Shown: positions 57,433 to 64,000 of the stretch, in pieces | Position numbering within the stretch: the stretch's first letter is position 1 | How the letters are laid out: every line of letters starts with the position of its first letter | Assembly: GCA_902384455.1 (NCBI GenBank) | Contig: CABMCB010000092.1 | Span: 316-64,315, forward strand | Direction of reading: 5' to 3' | Origin: an uncultured archaeon | GTDB taxonomy: Archaea > Altiarchaeota > Altiarchaeia > IMC4 > SCGC-AAA252-I15 | Length of the DNA stretch: 64,000 bases | Position numbers and translations under genes: made by a program | Notes under the pieces: generated by a model | The model's input: only the letters and a program-made list of their open reading frames with translations | Told to the model about the DNA's origin: nothing | Database searches by the model: none

Positions 57433-60400
57433 TTACGCGGCCTTAAGGTTAGTTGCGACCGCTTCGCTGCTGTGAGGCACGACCTTGCTGAACAAAGGAA
57501 GGAAGTGACTCCAGTTCTCCAAAATCTCGGCTGCCCTCGGGCTTCCAGTTACCTCCAGGTGGCGTTGAATCATCTTCTGAAGCAGCGCCTCGTCTTCCGC
57601 GTCAAGGACGGGTTCAAGGGCGATAAGCTGAGGGTTTATGCGCTTCTCCAAGTCGTCTCTCTCGTTGAGGACGTACGCAATTCCGCCGGTCATACCGGCG
57701 CCGAAGTTTCTGCCCACGTCCCCCAAAATGACGACGGTCCCGCCGGTCATGTACTCGCACCCGTGGTCGCCCACCCCTTCTATGACCGCGTTTCCTCCGG
57801 AATTCCTGACGCAAAAACGCTCCCCAGCCCGACCTGCCGCATACAACGACCCTCCGGTTGCGCCGTACATTACGGTGTTGCCTACTATGACGTTCTCATG
57901 AGTCCTGAAAGAGCTTTCCTGCGGCGGGCGGACAATTATTTCCCCGCCGTTCATTCCTTTGCCTACGTAGTCGTTTGCTTCACCGGCTAGTATGAGGCGT
58001 ACGCCGTTTATTAGGAATGCTCCGAAGCTTTGGCCTGCGCTTCCGATGAAGCTGCATTCTATTGTTCCTTCAGGGAGGCTTTTGTTTTGGTGCTTGCGCG
58101 CTATTTCGCCGGAGATTTTTGCGCCAACCGTGCGGTTTATGTTGCGGATTGATTTGGACGTTTTTACTGGTTTACCCCAGTCGATAGAACTGCTGGTTTC
58201 ATCCAGTATGGAGTCGTCTAATGACGTCGCTTTGGACATTTCATTTCGGATTTTCATGTTGCGCAGGTGCTTTTTCCCCGTCGAATCCGGGCTGGCAAGA
58301 ACACCCGCCAAGTCCATATTACGGGTCTTTGAGTAATGGACCCCGTCCTTCAATTCCAAGAGTTCCACGCGCCCTATGATTTCATCCAGACTGCGGCACC
58401 CTAATGAAGCCAGAATCTCGCGGACATCGTTGGCCACGAACATCATATAGTTCATCACCCATTCGGGTTTGTTTGGGAACTTAGCGCGGAATTCCGGATT
58501 CTGCGAAGCAACTCCCACCGGGCAATTATTGTTGTGGCATTGGCGCGCCATGACGCACCCAGCCGCAACCAAAGCGCAAGTCCCGAACCCATATTCCTCA
58601 GCGCCCAAAAGCGCAGCTATCACTACGTCGCGGCCGGTCTTTAATCCGCCGTCCACCCTGACTACGACGCGTTCCCTCAAGTCGTTTCTCACAAGAACCT
58701 GCTGGACTTCCGCGAGCCCCAGCTCCCAAGGTATGCCTGCGTGCTTTATTGAGCCCAGCGGAGACGCGCCTGTTCCCCCGTCTGCTCCGCTTACGTGTAT
58801 GACGTCCGCGTAAGCTTTTGCCACCCCTGCGGCGACAGTTCCAATGCCCGCCTCAGACACCAGTTTCACTGCGACCTTAGCTTGGGGGTTAACCTGCTTT
58901 AGGTCGTAAATCAGCTGCGACAAATCCTCTATGCTGTATATGTCGTGGTGAGGCGGCGGCGAAATCAACGTGACACCAGGAGTAGAGTGCCTGATTGCCG
59001 CAATCTCGTCGGTGACTTTATGCCCTGGAAGCTGACCTCCCTCGCCGGGCTTGCTTCCCTGAGCGACCTTGATTTCCAGTTCCTTAGCGCTAACAAGATA
59101 AGACGGAGTGACTCCGAAACGACCTGAAGAAACCTGCTTTATGGCGCTGTTGCTTGAGTCGCCGTTAGATAGCGGAGCATAACGAGAAGGGTCTTCCCCG
59201 CCTTCTCCGCTGTTGCTTTTAGCGCCCAAGCGGTTCATCGCTACCGCCACCGTCATATGCGCCTCCTTGCTCAAAGCGCCGTGCGACATCGCAGACGCAG
59301 AAAACCTTTTGATTATCGACTCCGCAGACTCCACCTCATCAATGGGAACAGGACTCGACTCCTTGAACTTCAGCAAGTCCCGCAGATTAATCAGCTCACG
59401 ATTCTCCACCAAAGAAGAAAACACCTTGTACTCCTGCATGCTGTTGCTTCGCACGGCCTTATGCAGCGCCGTGAAGAACTTCGGGGCGAACGCGTGCTCT
59501 TCCTTGCCTGAGATGAATCGGTAGTAGCCCATGTTTTCCAGTTGGGCGTGGCCTTCCGGTTCAAACGCCTCTTTGTGGAAGCGCAGGACGTCTGACGCAA
59601 TTTCTTTGAAGGATACTCCGCCTATCCTTGACGGAGTGCCGGGGAAGCACTCGTCTATGACTTCGGAGGAAAGTCCTACTGCCTCCAGTAGTTTTGAGCC
59701 GCGGTAGCATGATAGGGTGCAGACGCCCATTTTGGACATTATTTTAAGTATTCCTGTTTCGACTGCGCGGCGGTAGTTGAGCAATGCTTGCTTTGGGGTT
59801 AGCTCGGGGAAGTATCCGCTAAGCATGTCGTGGATTGTGGAGTACGTCAGATAAGGGTAAATGCAGTTTGCCCCGTACGCCAGTAAGCATGCGAAATGGT
59901 GGTCTTCCCTCGGCTCGCCGCTTTCCACCACAATGCTGCACTTCAATCTAAGCCCGTTTTTAATCAGGGCATGGTGGACTGCGCTTACTGCAAGAAGCAT
60001 GGGAACTGGGGCGTTATTCTTGTTGACGCCCAAATCCGAAATGAACAGCACCGAAGTGCCGGATTCTGCCGCCGACACCGACTCTTTGCACAGGCGGTCC
60101 ACCGCCTTTTTTAGTCCGGCCGTTCCTTCGGACACTGGGAATGTGGCTTTTAGTTCGCATGATTTGAATTCTGGGTCGCGGTTGGTGCGTATCCAGTCCA
60201 TCTCAAAGTGGGTGAGGATGGGGCTGTTGAATTTTATGAGTTTGGCGCTGCCCGGCTCCTCAAGTAGTATGCTTCGCCTTCTGCCGAGCGCTGTGTGCAA
60301 AGACATCACAAGCTTTTCGCGGTACGGGTCAATGGGGGGGTTGGTGACTTGCGCGAAGCGCTGCTTGAAGTAATCGCATATGTTCCTTGGAAACTTTGAG

Positions 60401-61944
60401 AACACTGGAAGAGGCGTGTCGTCGCCCATGGACCCGACCGGCTCCTTGCCTTCCTTCGCCATCGGAAGGATTATGCGCTCAATCTCCTCCAACGTGTATC
60501 CGAACGCCTTCTGCTGGCGGACAATCTCGCCGTTGAACGGGCTGCCAATAGACCCCTCACCGCGCTTGTCAATCTGAAGCGCAGACGCCCTAACCATATA
60601 CCTCTCAATCCACTGCTTGTACGGCATCCTAGAAGCGTGCATCTGCTTTATGTCGTCGTTCTTAAGGAAAACGCCCTCGTCGATGTCGACGGCAATCATC
60701 TGGCCAGGACCCAAACGGCCCTTTTCCGCCACGTCAGACGGCTCAATGTCCACAACGCCGACTTCGCTTGCAAGCACCAGTAAACCGCTTTTAGTCAATG
60801 TGTAGCGGGCTGGCCTTAGGCCGTTTCTGTCTAGTGCCGCGGCGACGTATCGTCCGTCAGTGAATGCGAGTGCCGCTGGGCCGTCCCATGGTTCTGTGAG
60901 GCAGGCGTGGTATTCGTAGAAGCTTCTTAGGTTTGGGTCCATATGGGGCATGTTTTGGTGGGCTTCTGGTATGAGCATCATCATTGTGTGTAGTCCTGTT
61001 CTGCCGGAGAGCACTAGCAGTTCGTATACGTTGTCGAGGCTCATTGAGTCGCTTCCGCCGGGCTGTATTACGTTTTTGACGTCTTTGATTCTTTCGCCCC
61101 ATACGTCGCTTGAGAACTCGAATTCGCGGGCTTGCGTCCAGTGCCTGTTTGAGTCCAATGTGTTTATTTCTCCGTTGTGGCCAAGGCAGCGGAACGGCTG
61201 GGCAAGTTGCCATGTGGGGAATGTGTTGGTGCTGTATCGTTCGTGGAATATGGCAAACGCTGTTTCATAGTCGGGGTTCTTCAGGTCGGGGTAGAATTCC
61301 GCCAGACGAGGTGAAACCACCAGTCCCTTGTAGACTATCGTCTTGCACGAGAATGACGGGGAGTAAAATTCCGTTATCCCTTCGTTCAAGGCGGCTTTCT
61401 CCATCGCCTTGCGGGACAGGTAAAGCTTCCACTGGAACCCGGCGTCGTCCACCCCAAACGGCCGTCTGACGAGTACTTGCTGTATGTCTAGTTGGGATTC
61501 TGCCGCTCTTTTTCCGAGCGCTGAGGGGTTTACGGGGACTTTACGCCAGCCGATTAGTTCCAGTCCTTCGTCTTTAATCGCTTTTTCTATTAGGTGCTTG
61601 CACACATCCCGTTGGACGGGATTGTTTTGGGGCATGAAGAATACGCCTACCGCAAAGTCTTCGTCGCGTTTTATGTGCGTGCCTAGTTTTGCGGCCTCCT
61701 TTCTGAAGAGTTTAACTGGAATTTGGGTTAGGACTCCTGAGCCGTCGCCGGATGCGTAGTCTGCGGATACTGCTCCGCGGTGAGTCAGGTTTTTCACCGC
61801 AGACAATGCCTTAGTGAGTATGCTGTGGCTGCGCTCGCCCGAGACGTTCACTACGAACCCTACTCCGCAGCTGTCATGCTCGAATGAGGGGTCATATAGG
61901 GTGCGCGTTGGCGCGCCTGATTCCGAATTTGGCGATTTAGGCAT
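57433..61944 (-). CDS. gltB: Glutamate synthase large subunit (single-chain, bacterial-type)
   Basis: 1503 aa. It begins with an Ntn amidotransferase Cys (..HDSCGVGFV), continues through the FMN/Fe-S central domain and ends in a GXGXG domain. Confidence 0.9.
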   Translation of the reverse strand: MPKSPNSESGAPTRTLYDPSFEHDSCGVGFVVNVSGERSHSILTKALSAVKNLTHRGAVSADYASGDGSGVLTQIPVKLFRKEAAKLGTHIKRDEDFAVGVFFMPQNNPVQRDVCKHLIEKAIKDEGLELIGWRKVPVNPSALGKRAAESQLDIQQVLVRRPFGVDDAGFQWKLYLSRKAMEKAALNEGITEFYSPSFSCKTIVYKGLVVSPRLAEFYPDLKNPDYETAFAIFHERYSTNTFPTWQLAQPFRCLGHNGEINTLDSNRHWTQAREFEFSSDVWGERIKDVKNVIQPGGSDSMSLDNVYELLVLSGRTGLHTMMMLIPEAHQNMPHMDPNLRSFYEYHACLTEPWDGPAALAFTDGRYVAAALDRNGLRPARYTLTKSGLLVLASEVGVVDIEPSDVAEKGRLGPGQMIAVDIDEGVFLKNDDIKQMHASRMPYKQWIERYMVRASALQIDKRGEGSIGSPFNGEIVRQQKAFGYTLEEIERIILPMAKEGKEPVGSMGDDTPLPVFSKFPRNICDYFKQRFAQVTNPPIDPYREKLVMSLHTALGRRRSILLEEPGSAKLIKFNSPILTHFEMDWIRTNRDPEFKSCELKATFPVSEGTAGLKKAVDRLCKESVSAAESGTSVLFISDLGVNKNNAPVPMLLAVSAVHHALIKNGLRLKCSIVVESGEPREDHHFACLLAYGANCIYPYLTYSTIHDMLSGYFPELTPKQALLNYRRAVETGILKIMSKMGVCTLSCYRGSKLLEAVGLSSEVIDECFPGTPSRIGGVSFKEIASDVLRFHKEAFEPEGHAQLENMGYYRFISGKEEHAFAPKFFTALHKAVRSNSMQEYKVFSSLVENRELINLRDLLKFKESSPVPIDEVESAESIIKRFSASAMSHGALSKEAHMTVAVAMNRLGAKSNSGEGGEDPSRYAPLSNGDSSNSAIKQVSSGRFGVTPSYLVSAKELEIKVAQGSKPGEGGQLPGHKVTDEIAAIRHSTPGVTLISPPPHHDIYSIEDLSQLIYDLKQVNPQAKVAVKLVSEAGIGTVAAGVAKAYADVIHVSGADGGTGASPLGSIKHAGIPWELGLAEVQQVLVRNDLRERVVVRVDGGLKTGRDVVIAALLGAEEYGFGTCALVAAGCVMARQCHNNNCPVGVASQNPEFRAKFPNKPEWVMNYMMFVANDVREILASLGCRSLDEIIGRVELLELKDGVHYSKTRNMDLAGVLASPDSTGKKHLRNMKIRNEMSKATSLDDSILDETSSSIDWGKPVKTSKSIRNINRTVGAKISGEIARKHQNKSLPEGTIECSFIGSAGQSFGAFLINGVRLILAGEANDYVGKGMNGGEIIVRPPQESSFRTHENVIVGNTVMYGATGGSLYAAGRAGERFCVRNSGGNAVIEGVGDHGCEYMTGGTVVILGDVGRNFGAGMTGGIAYVLNERDDLEKRINPQLIALEPVLDAEDEALLQKMIQRHLEVTGSPRAAEILENWSHFLPLFSKVVPHSSEAVATNLKAA

Positions 61945-62072
61945 CCGGATGATATTTGATGGAACGCTTAAAAAATCAGCTGACGAGTATGGAATTAAAT
62001 AAAAATATGTTTGAACTCAAATGAATGGTAAAGTCTTCCTACCGAAATAATGAGAAAAATAGCAAATCCTTA

Positions 62073-62660
62073 CTAAAGGACTCCTTTGGTGCTGGGCACT
62101 GCATCCCCAGAAACGCGCACCGCCTCCTTAAGCGCCCGCGCCAACGCCTTAAACGAAGCCTCCGCCTTATGATGGTCGTTTCTACCTTCCGTCTTCATAT
62201 GCAGATTGAACTTGCCGTTAACGCTAAAAGACTCCAAAAAATGCTCGATATTCTCCTTGCTCACATCCCCAACCCTAGAATCCTTGAAATTACTCCACCC
62301 GATATCGATCACGCTATAAGGCCGCCCAGACAAATCCACCGCAACAGTCGACTTGGAATCATCCATCGGAGCAATGAAGTAAGCCATGCGGACTATGCCT
62401 TTCTTGTCTCCGAGCGCTGTGACAAGGGCATGACCCAACGTTATTCCCACATCCTCCACCAGATGATGATCATCCACATGCACGTCTCCTCTGGCCGAAA
62501 CCTTCAAGTCGAAGCCCGAATGCTTCGCTAAAGACTCCAACATATGGTTGAGGAAATTAAGAGGAGTTCTTACGGCCGCTTTTCCGCTTCCGTCGAGGTT
62601 CAACTCCACCTTAATTAACGTTTCCTTAGTCTTCCGCTCTATGCGCGCCTTCCTTGCCAT
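62073..62660 (-). CDS. hisB: Imidazoleglycerol-phosphate dehydratase
   Basis: 195 aa (RIERKTKETLIKVELNLDG..; DDHHLVEDVGI). Confidence 0.85.
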   Translation of the reverse strand: MARKARIERKTKETLIKVELNLDGSGKAAVRTPLNFLNHMLESLAKHSGFDLKVSARGDVHVDDHHLVEDVGITLGHALVTALGDKKGIVRMAYFIAPMDDSKSTVAVDLSGRPYSVIDIGWSNFKDSRVGDVSKENIEHFLESFSVNGKFNLHMKTEGRNDHHKAEASFKALARALKEAVRVSGDAVPSTKGVL

Positions 62661-62769
62661 GCAGTTAGAGTATCGTGTTATGTAAAAAAAAAGCGATGGA
62701 TACCGGATTGCTTATATTCGCGCAGGCCGTATAGTAAATCGCACCAATTGTGTGATTAAATCCGCTATA

Positions 62770-62785
62770 ACACTACCTATTGTGT
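62770..62785 (+). promoter_or_regulatory. Possible NrdR-box-like imperfect palindrome upstream of nrdR
   Basis: acactacctattgtgt (ACAC-TA..TA-TTGTGT ends are palindromic) lies about 10 nt upstream of the nrdR ATG in the divergent hisB/nrdR intergenic region. Confidence 0.25.
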
Positions 62786-62792
62786 CCAACCC

Positions 62793-63239
62793 ATGAATTG
62801 CCCGTACTGCACCCACACTGAAACTTCCGTCGTAGACATAAGAAAAAGCGAAGGCGGGATAGTAAACCGCAGACGCAGAGAATGCGAGAAATGCGGGAAA
62901 AGATTCACCACATACGAACGCACAGAACTGCTGACGATCACGGTAATCAAAAAAGACGGCCGAAAAGAGCCTTTCAACCGGGAGAAAATCGTGTCCGGAA
63001 TCAGGAAGGCGTGCGAGAAGAGGCCTGTGACGGAAGATAGGATTCAGGAAGTGGCCGACGACATCGAAAGGAAGATTAGGCGCAGAAAGAGTACTGAGAT
63101 ACAAAGCCGCGAGATAGGTGAGATAGTCATGAAACGCCTTAAGACTCTTGACGCCGTGGCATACGTGCGGTTCGCCTCGGTTTACCGCGAATTCGACGAC
63201 GTAAAGAAATTCAAGGACGAAATAAAGTCGATAACTTAA
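62793..63239 (+). CDS. nrdR: Transcriptional repressor NrdR
   Basis: N-terminal zinc ribbon CPYC...CEKCG plus an ATP-cone domain; 148 aa. Confidence 0.8.
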   Translation: MNCPYCTHTETSVVDIRKSEGGIVNRRRRECEKCGKRFTTYERTELLTITVIKKDGRKEPFNREKIVSGIRKACEKRPVTEDRIQEVADDIERKIRRRKSTEIQSREIGEIVMKRLKTLDAVAYVRFASVYREFDDVKKFKDEIKSIT

Positions 63240-63262
63240 ACGCCTTCGTATCTTGGAAGCCC

Positions 63263-63961
63263 TTAATCCGCAGGACCGGCGTTTGAATGCCCGTATGCGA
63301 CAAACGATTTTGTGAGTCCGAAGAACTTTTCCGTGTAGAGTGATGCTTGAGGGAACATAGCTAGCAGTTCTTTCTTTGAGAGTGGGCGTATGCTTTCGAC
63401 GTGAGAGCGCGCTTCTGTTTTGCTTGAGCGGCGTCCCCCCCACAGCCAGGTAGAGTACTGGGCGAAGAACACTTTTAGGAACAACGGAAGAAAAGGAAAG
63501 AAGGGTATGAGGAAATGGGGTTCAATCGGGAAATTCCTGTTAGGCGTCTGAATAAAAAACCGCTTTCCCACCCTCAACATCTCAGCTGCCGCCTTCCTTT
63601 GGCCGTCAGATGAGGGTATGTGCTCTATCATTGAGTTGGAGAAAACGACGTCGAACTCCTTATCCGAGAACATCCGCATGTCACGCGCGTCGCCTACGAC
63701 GCAAGTGACGGAAGGATACTTAGGCTCAACGGAGGACAGATTTAGCACTGTTATGCGGAGGGTGTTTCCCGGCAGAAACCCGGTCCGCTCCCAGAACTCG
63801 ACACTTCCACCCACGTCAAGGACACGCACCGGCCGCGGCAAAGACTTTATGAACTCCTTGAAGAACTCCATCCGCCGCCTGCGAAACTTAAGCGACAGAG
63901 AACCATCCCGCATGAAATCCCACTTCTTCCGCACACACGCTCCAAACCCCAGCATATCCAC
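63263..63961 (-). CDS. Class I SAM-dependent methyltransferase
   Basis: VLDVGGS motif I and DVVFSNSMIEHI; the start is uncertain. Confidence 0.6.
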   Translation of the reverse strand: MDMLGFGACVRKKWDFMRDGSLSLKFRRRRMEFFKEFIKSLPRPVRVLDVGGSVEFWERTGFLPGNTLRITVLNLSSVEPKYPSVTCVVGDARDMRMFSDKEFDVVFSNSMIEHIPSSDGQRKAAAEMLRVGKRFFIQTPNRNFPIEPHFLIPFFPFLPLFLKVFFAQYSTWLWGGRRSSKTEARSHVESIRPLSKKELLAMFPQASLYTEKFFGLTKSFVAYGHSNAGPAD

Positions 63962-64000
63962 CGTACCGACATTACGAATACGAAGCAGACCGCTTAACTA

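Noticed and set aside
1-64000. A search for tRNA, rRNA and CRISPR arrays in intergenic gaps (10071-10266, 33493-33585, 33952-34064, 43859-44071, 49396-49483, 54498-54684, 61945-62072, 62661-62792)
   Set aside because: I found no cloverleaf-compatible sequences with a T-loop GTTCRANYC box, no rRNA-like conserved stretches and no regularly spaced direct repeats. The gaps hold promoters or small ORFs instead.

Overview
This 64 kb window is archaeal chromosome at roughly 50% GC. It carries aRF1, an archaeal-type PheT, class II HMG-CoA reductase, form III RuBisCO, geranylgeranyl reductase, PurS/PurL/PurA, LeuB/C/D, HisB, GOGAT and a MutS2 with an HhH N-terminus. Two accessory blocks stand out. The first (about 1.9-10.1 kb) is a cell-surface glycosylation island with three or four GT-C (ArnT/PMT-like) polytopic glycosyltransferases, two of them tandem paralogs, plus a Dpm1-like GT2. 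The second (about 10.2-24.8 kb) is a co-directional 13-gene locus that looks like a type IV secretion / conjugation-like or Ced-like membrane apparatus. It has three VirB2/TrbC-like pilin paralogs, two paralogous giant VirB6/TrbL-like polytopic membrane proteins (1828 aa and 915 aa) with very long C-terminal extensions, and a VirB3-like TM protein fused to a VirB4 N-domain. This is followed by a VirB4/TrbE-family ATPase that carries an unusual C-terminal Hjc/PD-(D/E)xK-like nuclease domain, and there are several small proteins of unknown function. No relaxase, VirD4 coupling protein, integrase or tRNA flank is visible, so it is not an obvious ICE and may be a chromosomal DNA-transfer or host-interaction machine. 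Other points are an aRF1 gene missing from the ORF track because the window edge truncates it, a PheT reduced to its C-terminal half, and a leuC broken by one in-frame TGA at a conserved small-residue codon. There is also a RelE-like toxin-antitoxin pair and a 14-nt motif shared by two promoter regions. I found no rRNA, tRNA or CRISPR array.
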